A stretch of 64,000 nucleotides of DNA from an uncultured Spirochaetota bacterium (GTDB lineage: Bacteria; Spirochaetota; Brevinematia; Brevinematales; JAOACQ01). This document shows positions 30,879 to 41,489 of the stretch, in pieces. The position numbers and the translations under genes are program-made. Where the stretch lies: contig CAWEAK010000022.1 in NCBI GenBank assembly GCA_963806975.1, positions 513-64,512 on the forward strand, in the 5' to 3' direction. Positions within the stretch are counted from its first letter, which is position 1, and every line of letters begins with the position of its first letter. The notes below the pieces were generated by a model. It saw only the letters and a program-made list of their open reading frames with translations, searched no databases and was not told the origin of the DNA.

Positions 30879-32284
30879 TTAGCTTAATTTCCTCATCTTT
30901 CTGATGCCGTATTCTATAAAATTCTCATTACCGCGTTTCATTTCCTCAATAATCCTAGTTGATGGGAGAAGCGCCATGTTATGAATCTTCATCCTCTGCA
31001 GTAGGACACTGTTCAGATATTTTCCAGATGAATTGTTCCCGTCCAGTAATTCAGCTATCGGGATCATTCCGTCAATGATTACATCTGCCCACTCTTTCAG
31101 GCGGATTATTGTCCCATCTGCCCGAAATAGCTCCAATCCTTCCTTCCTCCCGGCAAGGGCGGTCAATTCATCATTCCTGTCAATAAAACCGGATTCCTCC
31201 TGTAATATCAACCTGCTTTCATTAAAAATGCAATAAAGCAGAAAAACATGATAAAAATAGAGCTGTTCCAGGCTAACCCCGGCCTGATAAAAGGGATTTA
31301 AATCAACTGAGCGGATCTCGACATATTTGATACCGTTAGTCTTGAGCCTTTCCAGATGTGATTCCCCCTTTTTTGCCTCCGATTTAAAGCGGATAGAGGA
31401 ATAAAATTCGTTCTCCTTCTGCAAAATATGAGAATTTAACTTCAGACATTTTCCGGCCTCACATAACCATATTTTCTTATATTCGTCCGAACGGGTTTGC
31501 AATGCCTTCTTCAGTCCGGCGATGTAAGTTTCCAGATTGTCATAAGAAACTTTAACACCCTTTTGCCGGTTTAAAGAGTAGCCGAACAGGCTCATCCGCA
31601 GTGAAATCGAATATTCTCTGTACCGGTTGATCTCTTCGAAATTATCCGTCCCAGTTGCAAAGCTTTCATCGGCAACCGGTGAGGCTCCGTACAGGTATAT
31701 GATCAGCCATCTATAGCGTAGATAATTCCTGGAGAGGGAAAAGTATTGATCATTGATGAAGGATTGCCGGTCTTTTTCGGGTTTAAGGCTGTTATAAAGA
31801 TAGTCCCATAATTCATCCTGAAAGGAAAAATTGTAATGGATACCGGATATCATCTGCATTTTCTTTCCATACCGGCCCGCAAGGCCGCGCCTGTATATCT
31901 CATTTTTTCTACCGAGGTCAGAGTCATTGAATCGGGCTATGGGAATATTTTTCTCCTCAGGCAGTCTGCAAGGCATGCTGAAGGGCCATAGATATTCCCC
32001 GTTGAGATTTTTTTCAACCTGGGATTGAATATCAAGAAGTGTTTTGTATGCCTGCCCTGCCGAATCGGAGGGTGGGGTGATTATTTCAATCTGGCTCTCG
32101 GAAAAATCAGTCGTAATTTCGGGATTCTCGATCTTATCTCCGAAGGCTTTCGGGTGAGGAGTCAGTGCGAATCCCCTTTGCCATCAACCCTTAGTGATTC
32201 CTTTTCAAGACCCCATTGTCCTTTCGTCAATAATTGATAGCGGTCCTCTTTCCGGAATAAATTTAAAACATCTGTATTGACCAT
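30879..32284 (-). CDS. gshA: Glutamate--cysteine ligase (frameshift near 32165)
   Basis: GLEKESLRVD, ITTDFSESQIEIITP, WPFSMP, QMISGIHYNFS, ENEFYSSIR, YVEIRSVDLNPF. Confidence 0.92.
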
Positions 32285-32312
32285 ATCTATTCTCCTATTT
32301 ATTTATATGTCT

Positions 32313-32336
32313 AATATTGTATAGTTTTACAATATT
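32313..32336. promoter_or_regulatory. Inverted repeat upstream of gshA, possible operator
   Basis: aatattgta-N6-tacaatatt. Confidence 0.45.
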
Positions 32337-32356
32337 CGAACTATTAGGGAAAAAAA

Positions 32357-32644
32357 TTAGCCGATAAATTCCTTGATTTGATTCAAAGCATCTTTATTTA
32401 CGGTACAGGAAATGGACTGGCCGTTTCTCGTGCAGGTAATCAGACCAGCGTTTTCCAATTCCTTGAAATGGTGTGAAACCGTCGATGGGGAAATATGGAT
32501 CAGCTCGCAGGCTTTGGTAAATCCCTTTTCGACCGGAATACAACAGGTATCTGTCTTTCCCATTTCGTATAGCATTTCAAAAATCTTTAGTCTCTGCTCG
32601 CTTGATAACGCTTTGAATATTTTTACCAAATTCGATTCTTTCAT
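32357..32644 (-). CDS. ArsR/SmtB family regulator (Cys-rich)
   Basis: FKALSSEQRLKI, TCC, STVSHHFKELENAGLI. Confidence 0.9.
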   Translation of the reverse strand: MKESNLVKIFKALSSEQRLKIFEMLYEMGKTDTCCIPVEKGFTKACELIHISPSTVSHHFKELENAGLITCTRNGQSISCTVNKDALNQIKEFIG

Positions 32645-32721
32645 ACTTATAGAATAATATGAATATTCAAAAAAGTCAACCTGTTTTAAAAATATTTTCT
32701 CATGCCGCTTGATTTATAATG

Positions 32722-33408
32722 TTATTTTTCAATCCGATTAGTTGCAGTAATAATTTCTGTTCCAAACATCCAATTGATTGGAAACCAGCTATAATTTTTT
32801 CTGTATACTCGTTTAATATTATTAAAACCGGAAGATTTAACAAAAGGTTCCATCATCACAGGCCTGCAGCTTCCAGATATAAAATTGAGTATTCCTTTTT
32901 CATAGAGTTTTTCATACAATATTTTTTGCTCCCTGTTTTTACTTAAATTAACCAGCACCAATTTTCCGTCAGGTTTAAGTACCCGCTTAAATTCATTGAT
33001 AACTGCAGGCATTTCCGATAAATCAATTAAATCAAACATATAAGAATTATATAATACATCGAATTTATTGTCCTGGAACGGAAGTTCTCTAGCATTTCCA
33101 ATAGTTATTTCAATTTTATTTTCTAAATGATATTTTTTAATTTTTCTTTCTGCTTTTTGAAGCATTTTTTCTGAGAGGTCCATAGCGATGATCTTTTTAT
33201 CTGTAAATTTTGCTATCTCTAAAAATCCTCTTCCGGTACCGCAGGCAACCTCCAGAACCAGATCATTTTTACCTATTTGAGCAAGCCTAACCGCTTCTCT
33301 GTGATGGATAATTTCATGATCTGTAAACGGATCATATAGTAAAGCCAGGCCGTTATACAATTCCGCAATCTTCCCTGAAAATTGACTTTTTTCAAGTATA
33401 ATTGCCAT
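32722..33408 (-). CDS. Class I SAM-dependent methyltransferase
   Basis: VLEVACGTG, DLSEKML, LPFQDNKFD, RVLKPDG. Confidence 0.9.
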   Translation of the reverse strand: MAIILEKSQFSGKIAELYNGLALLYDPFTDHEIIHHREAVRLAQIGKNDLVLEVACGTGRGFLEIAKFTDKKIIAMDLSEKMLQKAERKIKKYHLENKIEITIGNARELPFQDNKFDVLYNSYMFDLIDLSEMPAVINEFKRVLKPDGKLVLVNLSKNREQKILYEKLYEKGILNFISGSCRPVMMEPFVKSSGFNNIKRVYRKNYSWFPINWMFGTEIITATNRIEK

Positions 33409-33466
33409 ATATGTCTCCTTTCATAATTTAATATGTGTATACACATCTACATATTATTTAAAAAAA

Positions 33467-33760
33467 CTAACAACACCCTTTCAAAAGATTCAATAATCCC
33501 TCAATTGTTTCTACAACATATTCTTTATTAAACGAATAATAAATTTCCTTGCCTTCCTTGTGAGAATTCAATATTTTCAAACGCTTCATTAAATTTAGAT
33601 GATGAGATATTGTAGGGCGGGATTGTTTGAAAAATCCCGCAATATCATTAGCTCGTAATTCGTTATGGGTAAAAAATATCTTTAAAATATGCTGTCTTGT
33701 TGGATCAGCCAATGCGGACAATATTTCAGTAATTAATTCAAATTGGAAATTATCGTTCAT
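33467..33760 (-). CDS. ArsR family regulator with C-terminal CC
   Basis: ALADPTRQHIL, SRPTISHHL, ends GCC. Confidence 0.9.
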   Translation of the reverse strand: MNDNFQFELITEILSALADPTRQHILKIFFTHNELRANDIAGFFKQSRPTISHHLNLMKRLKILNSHKEGKEIYYSFNKEYVVETIEGLLNLLKGCC

Positions 33761-33816
33761 ATGTATACACTCATCAACGTATAGTTTATTATAAAACTAT
33801 TAATAAGTCAATACTT

Positions 33817-35161
33817 TTATCTGATTTCTTTCCTAACAAAGAAATCAATGCAATTTTCTCTACTAAACAATTGAATAACACTATTTTTGTGTCTGCTTAT
33901 ATAATTATCAATGTCATTCCAAACATCCTTATTGATGGCCGATGACAAATAAAACGCCGGCTTTATAAGATCGCCGGTTATTATATTTTCCGATCTGGCT
34001 ATTGATTCCAGTTCCGTATCCGGATAAATGCGCAAACCTATCATCATGAACACATTAGTTGGTTCTGTTTCTTCGACAATATCAAGAGTTGTTTTAACGG
34101 TATCACGATTCTCTTGTGGACCTCCTAAAAGCAAATAATACATAAACTGTTGATTTCTTTCCTGGCATAATTTAGCCGCATTTATAATATCCGATACTGA
34201 AAATGATTTTCTTAATGAAACAATCATTTTATCACATGCTGTATCGATCCCAAACTCAACTTTGGTACAACCCGTGTTTATCATTTTGTCTAAAAGTGAT
34301 TTGGTCATATAGGCCGGATTACATGTCGCAGACCATTTTATTTTTAAACCGGAACTGATTATTTTATCGCAAATAGATTCGGCAAAATCAGGAGGATAAT
34401 TAAAAATACTATCTGCAATTTCAAACTCTATATCATTGTATTTCTCAATAGCCATCTTCATTTCGTTAACGATTGATTCCGGTTTTCGGTATCGAATAAT
34501 TCTCCCTTCAATCTGAGGATAATTACAATAAATACAGTTAAAAGGGCATCCTCGTTTTGTTTGAACTCCGACTTTTAATCTGATTATTCCCATCGGTGTA
34601 TTTTTAGAAAACGTAAAGTATCTATTGTCGTATAAGTCATAATCAGGCAAAGGAATTTCAGCCAAATCGGGAATTGGGTCCCATTTCTCGGAAGTGATAA
34701 CCCCATTATGATATCCTACAACTCCAGGAATGTTATCTATCCGGCTTTTTTCTTCCAGTGCTTTAATAAGTTTTGGCAAAGCGACTTCTCCTTCTCCAAC
34801 TATTGCATAATCCGGTTCCAAATAACAAAAAGCCTTTTCTTTAAAGCTTCCTATAGCAGCGCCGCCTATTATAACTATACAACCCGCTTTTTTACAGATA
34901 TCAATAAATGGTTTTACACCATCAAGATAAAACTGCTGATTCACCATTATTACATTGTCACTATTTCTTACGCTGATAGCGACTATATCGGGTTTCGTTT
35001 ATTTCATTCTTCAAATCCTCGGCTGGGGAGGCGCTGAAACAGAGATCAAGAAACTTGACCGGTAAATTGTGTTTCCTTAAGGATGAAACAACAATATTTG
35101 GGCCCAGGGGTAAAACTATTGGTATTTTCACCTGATTAGTAGATACGACTAACGTCATCAT
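33817..35161 (-). CDS. B12-binding radical SAM protein (frameshift near 34995)
   Basis: PLGP...LDLCF...ISVRN N-terminal B12-binding region, IIGGAA, GEGE, QTKRGCPFNCIYC, DSIFN, GLRIYPDT. Confidence 0.85.
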
Positions 35162-35194
35162 TTACAACTCCAGAATATAAAATATTTTTAAAAT

Positions 35195-35450
35195 TCAAGA
35201 ATTTATTTTCTGCTCAATAATATCCTTTTTCATCCTGTCTAAATCCTCCTTTGAAATTTCACCTTTCGCATATCTCTTTTTCATTATGTCAATAGCACTT
35301 TCTTGTTTGCTATGATTCATTCCCCATGATGAAAAGTGTCGTCATGCAGAAAAAAATCATAACTGCCATGAATAATATTCCAAATACAGGCATAAAGCCC
35401 CACCAGCCCATAAACCCGGGCCATCCGTAATTCCAGCAATTTCCCCACAT
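35195..35450 (-). CDS. Small membrane protein with SHOCT domain (frameshifted, not in ORF track)
   Basis: MWGNCWNYGWPGFMGWWGFMPVFGILFMAVM... then AIDIMKKRYAKGEISKEDLDRMKK; TGATG overlap with upstream gene. Confidence 0.75.
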
Positions 35451-35920
35451 CATAAATTAGCCTGGAATTTAATTTTTCCTTTTTCAGCCAGCTTTTTCAG
35501 GAAGTACATAACACTGTCTTTTGAGAGTTTAAAATGCTCGGATATTTTTTCAGGGTTTACTTCTCCTGCTGTTTTTATAAATTCATAAATCTCTTCCTCA
35601 ATCTGCTCAGACCATTCCTCGAAAAGATTTCTAACCTCCTGTGTTGCAAATTTTGCTGAAGCCGAGGTTTCCTGAAAAGCCCCCATCATATTTTTACACA
35701 TATCCATCGGTCCGCCGCCTTCACCCATCATTGAGCCCATCATATCACCCATAGACATTCCACCCATCATTTTCGGCATCATTTCTTTCATCATATCCTG
35801 CTTTTCCTCTTTGGTCATATTTGAGAAGAAGCTTTCCATCATCTTTTCCATCATATCCTTTTTTTCGTCCGAAGACATTTTTCCCATCATTCCTTCCATC
35901 ATTTTTTCTCTGAATCCCAT
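35450..35920 (-). CDS. Methionine-rich protein with winged-helix-like C-terminus
   Basis: 27 Met in first 80 aa; C-terminal EKISEHFKLSKDSVMYFLKKLAEKGKI; GGAGG RBS before 35920. Confidence 0.8.
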   Translation of the reverse strand: MGFREKMMEGMMGKMSSDEKKDMMEKMMESFFSNMTKEEKQDMMKEMMPKMMGGMSMGDMMGSMMGEGGGPMDMCKNMMGAFQETSASAKFATQEVRNLFEEWSEQIEEEIYEFIKTAGEVNPEKISEHFKLSKDSVMYFLKKLAEKGKIKFQANL

Positions 35921-35952
35921 AAAATTCCTCCTTATTATGATATTCAACTGTC

Positions 35953-36291
35953 TTATTTACACATATTCCACCAAGCCGGTATGGAGAACATCGGTGTTGT
36001 CAATTTCTCCTCATTTAAACAACTGACTATTTCCAGGAATATTCCAAGGGCGCTGAGAAGCCTGTCATCTTTGAGCTTATAAAAGATAAACGCCCCTGTT
36101 CTTTTTGTCTCAAGCACCTGATTTTCTCTTAAAACACGCAGATGATGTGATACAAGCGGTTGAGAAAGTTTTGTGTTATTAACTATTTCGGAAACGGAAC
36201 ACTCCTTGTCGCCAATATATTTTATAATCCTGAGGCGATTGGAATCTCCAAGAATTTGAAAGTAAATCTGTAGTTTTAACGCTTCATCCAT
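35953..36291 (-). CDS. ArsR/SmtB family regulator
   Basis: LGDSNRLRII, ECSVSEI, SQPLVSHHLRVLR. Confidence 0.92.
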   Translation of the reverse strand: MDEALKLQIYFQILGDSNRLRIIKYIGDKECSVSEIVNNTKLSQPLVSHHLRVLRENQVLETKRTGAFIFYKLKDDRLLSALGIFLEIVSCLNEEKLTTPMFSIPAWWNMCK

Positions 36292-36321
36292 ATAAACACC
36301 CTTTTATATAAATTAGTATAT

Positions 36322-36368
36322 ATATAAACCATTGCTTATATTATACCACCAAAAAGTTATGTTGTCAA
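36322..36368 (-). promoter_or_regulatory. Consensus promoter with SmtB/ArsR-type box
   Basis: TTGACA-N17-TATAAT (36368 to 36340) with TG extension; imperfect palindrome atataaaccattgcttatat at 36322-36341. Confidence 0.75.
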
Positions 36369-36398
36369 GGGGAAAAGCAGATTATTTTTGAATTAAAA

Positions 36399-37745
36399 TT
36401 ATGATTTTTTCATCCAGTCCTGGGCAGCCATCTGAATCGGGTCCCATGGTGAGCTTAGAGGCGGAGTATAGCTTAGATCCAAATCGTTAAGCTCTCTTAT
36501 TGTCATAGAATGGTAGATTGCAGCGGCTGCAATGTCCAGTCTTTTTGAAACCTCTGCAGACCTGCTTCCAACCATTTGAACTCCTAAGAGCCTTCCTTTT
36601 TTTCTATCGCCTGTCATTCGAATAATTATTTTTGTCGCTCCGGGATAATACACCTTGTGATCCCAGGTAGTAAATTCGGTCGTTAGGGGATTAAAATCAC
36701 TTTCTTCAGCCTCTTTATGGTTGAGACCAGTCCTTGCGGTGACTAAATCAAAAAGTTTCAGAGATTGTGTCCCCAGAGTACCTTGAAATTCCACATTTCC
36801 ACCAATTGCATTTTCACCTGCAATTCTCCCCTGCTTGTGTGAAATTGTTCCCAGGGGTAAATACACGAATCTCTGGAGAATCCTGTGCCATGTTTCCACA
36901 CAATCCCCTGCAGCAAAGATATCAGGTATATTAGTTTCCATTCTTTTGTTAACTAATATGGCGTTCTTTTTATTTACTGTTATTCCAGCATCTCTTGCCA
37001 GTTCGGTCTTGGGAACCGCACCGGTTGCAATAACGACTATATCCGCCGCTTGTATGAAACCATTTGTACCTTCGATAACGAGACTGTTATCTTCTTTCAT
37101 AATCTTTTCAACAGAAACGCCGGTGAAAATTTTAGCGCCTTTTTCTTCGAGTTTCTGCCGTATTACCAATCCGAGTTCCCTGTCAAAAGTGGGAAGAATT
37201 GTATTCAGAAATTCTATAATAGTGACAGCGATTCCGCGGTTTATAAGCGCTTCAGCCAATTCCATACCAATATAGCCAGACCCAATAATAACCGCCTTTG
37301 CGGGATGTTTAGTTTCCAGATACTCTTTGAATCTAACAGATTCCTCAATCCAGCGTATAAAGAATACTCCGGGGAGATCCCATCCGGAAATAGGGGGGAT
37401 CGCGGATACCGCTCCCGTTCCGATAACCAAACGGTCATATTTAATATCGCTTATTTCACCTGATTCTGATTTAACTTGAATAGATTTTAGCCCGGGATTT
37501 ATCTTTGTAACAACAGTATTAAGAAGAAGTTTAATTCCCTGTTCCTCGATCTCAGCCTTAGTTCGGTGAGCAAGGCTTTTCCAGTCTTTTATTTCATCCC
37601 CTATATAAAACGGAATGCCGCAAATACTAAAATTCGGGTAATTATCCGATGTAATTATCAAAGGCTCTATACTCTTATCAAGCTCACGAATTCTGAGAGC
37701 CGCGCTTATTCCGGCATCGCTGCCGCCTATGATTATAATTCTCAT
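36399..37745 (-). CDS. CoA-disulfide reductase / NADH oxidase family flavoprotein
   Basis: IIGGSDAG, FSICGIP, GSGYIGME, IFAAGDC, YTPPLSSPWDP. Confidence 0.9.
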   Translation of the reverse strand: MRIIIIGGSDAGISAALRIRELDKSIEPLIITSDNYPNFSICGIPFYIGDEIKDWKSLAHRTKAEIEEQGIKLLLNTVVTKINPGLKSIQVKSESGEISDIKYDRLVIGTGAVSAIPPISGWDLPGVFFIRWIEESVRFKEYLETKHPAKAVIIGSGYIGMELAEALINRGIAVTIIEFLNTILPTFDRELGLVIRQKLEEKGAKIFTGVSVEKIMKEDNSLVIEGTNGFIQAADIVVIATGAVPKTELARDAGITVNKKNAILVNKRMETNIPDIFAAGDCVETWHRILQRFVYLPLGTISHKQGRIAGENAIGGNVEFQGTLGTQSLKLFDLVTARTGLNHKEAEESDFNPLTTEFTTWDHKVYYPGATKIIIRMTGDRKKGRLLGVQMVGSRSAEVSKRLDIAAAAIYHSMTIRELNDLDLSYTPPLSSPWDPIQMAAQDWMKKS

Positions 37746-38037
37746 AAAATATTTCCTCCGATAATTTTTTCGTGCGAAACGGAATCAGATTATTTACATA
37801 GATCTTTTCCGGTTGCTTTTAGTTTGTTTAAATCATCCCGGTAGATTTTATGTTTTCTCAAGACATTGAATATCAGCGAATTCAAATTGAGAACTACATT
37901 GATATTATTGTAATCGTATTAATACTCATGATACACCCGCCGCTTTTAAAAGTGAATTGTATTTTTAGGTTTTAATGAATTACCCAGCAAGCTGCTAGGT
38001 ATCAAAAGATTGGATTATTCCCTAAGAGCGAAGCAAG

Positions 38038-38075
38038 CTTCGAGGAATTAAACCCGGTCAAGCGGCACGCTTGTT
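38038..38075 (+). repeat. Dispersed repeat, short form lacking the central segment
   Basis: cttcgaggaattaaacccggtcaagcggcacgcttgtt. Confidence 0.75.
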
Positions 38076-38079
38076 AAAT

Positions 38080-38508
38080 TCATTTGGCTTCATTTATAAA
38101 TTGTTCAATTCTTTCTTTGATCTTGGCCCTGACAATTATTGTTTGATCAAGTATTTCCTCATCTGTGCCGGTAAAAGTAGACGGATCATCAAAACTCCAG
38201 TCAATCCTGGTGTACTTTCCCGGGAAAACCGGGCAACGTTGCCCATTGGCCTTGTCACAAACTGTGATGACATAATTGTAGGTTTTACCTTGCTTGAAGA
38301 AATCAAAAACACTTTTTGTCTTATTTCCGGAGATATCAAATCCTTCTTCTTTCATTGCTTCAACAACAACCGGGTTAAGAACACCCGGTTCCAGCCCGGC
38401 GCTCTCTGCAATAAATTTATCACCGCCGAGCTTGTTCAAAAATGCTTCCGCCATCTGGCTCCGTGCGGAATTATGGACACAGACGAAAAGAACTTTTATT
38501 TTATCCAT
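38080..38508 (-). CDS. arsC: Arsenate reductase (LMW-PTP type)
   Basis: [19 protein letters not shown]...CPVFPG, WSFDDP. Confidence 0.93.
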   Translation of the reverse strand: MDKIKVLFVCVHNSARSQMAEAFLNKLGGDKFIAESAGLEPGVLNPVVVEAMKEEGFDISGNKTKSVFDFFKQGKTYNYVITVCDKANGQRCPVFPGKYTRIDWSFDDPSTFTGTDEEILDQTIIVRAKIKERIEQFINEAK

Positions 38509-38573
38509 ATATGCTACCTCCAAACTTTTATTATTGAGAATACCATGTCTTTGTTAAGATATTATTAATTTGC

Positions 38574-39595
38574 TTATCTTATCATCCAGTTAAACAAATA
38601 GCCGATTAAAACTATCGTAATTGCCATTATGCCTGTAAATACAACTAAAAGCCTGGGCTTTAAAACTTTTCTTAAAATAATCATTTCCGGGAAGCTTATG
38701 GCCGTTATGGACATCATAAAAGCAAGAGCTGTTCCCATAGGTATTCCAAGTCTTACCAGTTCATTTACAATCGGTATGGTGCCTGCCGCGTTGGAATACA
38801 GAGGAATACCGACAATGACAGCCACTAAGACAGCGAAAGGATTGTTTTTACCGACATATTGTGAAAGCCATCCAGTAGGAGCCCAGCCATGCATTACTCC
38901 TCCGATAGCTATACCGATAACAACAAAAGGCCATATTTTTTGTAAAATTTCCAAAACATAATCTTTCGCTCCAAGTAATCTTTCCTTCCAATATAGCTTT
39001 TCCATTTCAGTATCATTCAATTTGATTTTATATACATATTCTTCTACATAACGTTCCATCTTCAAAGCTCCGATAGTTATACCCCCGATTATTGCCACAA
39101 TAACACCTGTCGCGATATAAAGAAGAGCTATCTTCCAGCCGAAAAGTCCCCAGAGACATGACAAGGGCAACTTCGTTCACCATCGGTGAAGAAATTAAAA
39201 AAGAGAAAGTTATTCCAAGAGGTATGCCCGCTTCGAGAAATCCGATAAAAACCGGGACTGCTGAACATGAGCAAAATGGAGTTACAATCCCCAAAAGTGC
39301 GGCAAGGGTATTGCCAAGAAATCCTTTTGCTTTTCCTTCACCAAGAAGTTTCTTTGTACGTTCGGGCGGAAAATAACTTCTTATTATCGATACGATAAAG
39401 ATGATAACCGTCAACATCAGAAATATTTTCATCGTGTCATAGAAAAAGAAATTCACTGCACCGCGGTAATGATCGGATTGTAGGATACTCAGTTTTAATC
39501 CGAAATAATTCCATTATAAACCTGAATAATATAGTCAACCAACTACTGAAAACTACTGCAAGCTTATTTAGAACCCAATCTATCCCTGAAAACAC
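38574..39595 (-). CDS. arsP: ArsP-family permease (several frameshifts)
   Basis: FFFYDTMKI, TPFCSCSAVP, SSPMVNE, GIPLYSNAAG, SFPEMIILRKVLK; GTG start after GGAGG. Confidence 0.85.
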
Positions 39596-39812
39596 AAAAT
39601 AACCTCCAAATTAAACTCAATTTTCATAATCGATGCAAGATACAAATATTTGACGGGTAGCTGAATTTGCAATTCCGGCAAGCCTTTCATAAACAATTTC
39701 AATATTAACATCTTCTGGTCAGCACCAATCGCACCTTTCAATCATTTTATGCGGCTCAGGCTACAGCCAGATTATTCTATAACCAGCCAATCTACAAATG
39801 ATTCCCACAAAT

Positions 39813-40178
39813 TTATATCCTCTGAACCACGCTCATTGCAGTCTTTTCAATAATTTCCGGAGCGATTTCTGTTTTGCCTTTTTCCACTCCCATTTCTGTT
39901 GTGATAAAATGTTCAAACGGTAAATCCAGTTTTTCAAAAATCTTCTTCCCGCAGGAAACCGGACAGCCGTCTATGACAATATTTTTTTCAGCGCATTTTG
40001 CTGATTCTATGAACCCGGAAAGTTCAGCCCCCATTGCCGCGAGGCATGTCATTTTACCGACTCCATCTTTCATAAGTTTTCTTGCAACCGCGTCAGCTAA
40101 ATATCCCGTATTAGCCGCGCCTGAGCATGCATAAATCAATTTGATACCACCGCTTCCGCAACTACAGCATTCAGCCAT
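39813..40178 (-). CDS. DGC-domain putative zinc-binding protein
   Basis: YACSGAANTG, MTCLA, IDGCPVSCG. Confidence 0.85.
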   Translation of the reverse strand: MAECCSCGSGGIKLIYACSGAANTGYLADAVARKLMKDGVGKMTCLAAMGAELSGFIESAKCAEKNIVIDGCPVSCGKKIFEKLDLPFEHFITTEMGVEKGKTEIAPEIIEKTAMSVVQRI

Positions 40179-40179
40179 A

Positions 40180-40419
40180 TCATTTTCCTCCGCTTAAAAT
40201 TTGCATTATTTGATCTTTATTGAGAACCCTTCCGGCGCTTTTCACTACACCGTCAACAGCCAGCGCCGGCGTCATCATGACGCCCATTTCCATGATTTTC
40301 TCAATATTGGTTACTTTCTCAATGTCCGCGGGAATCCCCAAAATCTTAACCGCTTCAACAGCATTGGATTCCAGCCGCTTACAGTTGGAACAGCCGGACC
40401 CTAAAATCTGTACTTTCAT
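40180..40419 (-). CDS. Small thioredoxin-like redox protein
   Basis: ILGSGCSNC, GVMMTPALAVDG. Confidence 0.88.
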   Translation of the reverse strand: MKVQILGSGCSNCKRLESNAVEAVKILGIPADIEKVTNIEKIMEMGVMMTPALAVDGVVKSAGRVLNKDQIMQILSGGK

Positions 40420-40429
40420 AAGCACCTCT

Positions 40430-41473
40430 TTAAATGAATTTCTTCTTTAATCTGGACGCAACATTTACCAGTATAATCATAACAGGCACTTCAATCAGAG
40501 GACCGATTACCGTAGCAAATGCCTGATTGGAATTTATCCCAAAGATAGCTATTGCTACTGCTATTGCCAGCTCAAAATCGTTCGACGCGGCTGAAAATGA
40601 AACAGCTACACTTTGTTCGTAGTTCGCGCCCAGTTTCTTGGCGATGAAAAAATGTAACAAACCACATAATGAAAAAGTAAATTATGTATGGTATTGCAAT
40701 CCTGACTACATCAAACGGCACTTCAATGATAAACTTCCCCTTAAGTGAAAACATCACAATTATTGTGAATAATAATGCAATTAATGTTAAAGGGCTGATA
40801 AACGGTGAAAATACCTCCTCAAACCATTCTTTTCCTTTGGTTTTGAGAAGAATAAAGCGGGTAAATAATCCCGCAAAGAAAGGAATTCCAAGGTATATCA
40901 TTACTGTCTTTGCCCGATTCCAGTACTGAAATTTGTATATTTAATCCTTTCTCAATCCCTAAAGCATTTAAAAACACCGTAATAAAAAGATAAATGTAAA
41001 GAGCATAAAACAAAACCTGGAATATCGCATTAAAAGCGACTATACCTACGCCAAGCTCCCTGTCGCCTTCAGCGAGGTCATTCCATACGATTACCATGGC
41101 GATACACCGTGCCAGACCGACCAGTATAACACCGATCATATAGCCCGGATTGTCTCTTAATAAAAGTATTGCAAGGATAAACATAAATAATGGGCCGACA
41201 AGCCAGTTTTGAATTAAAGAAAGAAACATAAGTTTCTTATTCCGGAATGTTTTACCCATTTCTTCATATTTTACTTTTGCAAGCGGTGGATACATCATCA
41301 AAATTAGACCTATTGCTATTGGAATGGATGTTGTCCCAACCTGAAATTTACCTACCCATGCGGTGAAAGGCGGATAAAAATAGCCAATCATAATACCTGC
41401 GGCCATCGCTATGAAAATCCATAGAGTTAGAAACTTGTCTGTAAAACTGAGTTTTTTTTGAAACTGATGCCAT
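40430..41473 (-). CDS. acr3: Arsenite efflux transporter Acr3 (about three frameshifts)
   Basis: [53 protein letters not shown] across three ORFs. Confidence 0.92.
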
Positions 41474-41489
41474 TTTAAACTCCCTTTTA

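Noticed and set aside
32722..33408. Methyltransferase as ArsM
   Set aside because: Lacks the ArsM conserved Cys pattern (such as GCG-P and SNCV); kept as a generic class I enzyme.
39611..39810. Possible remnant of a second arsP 5' end (LWESFVDWLV)
   Set aside because: Only about 10 codons of resemblance followed by stops.
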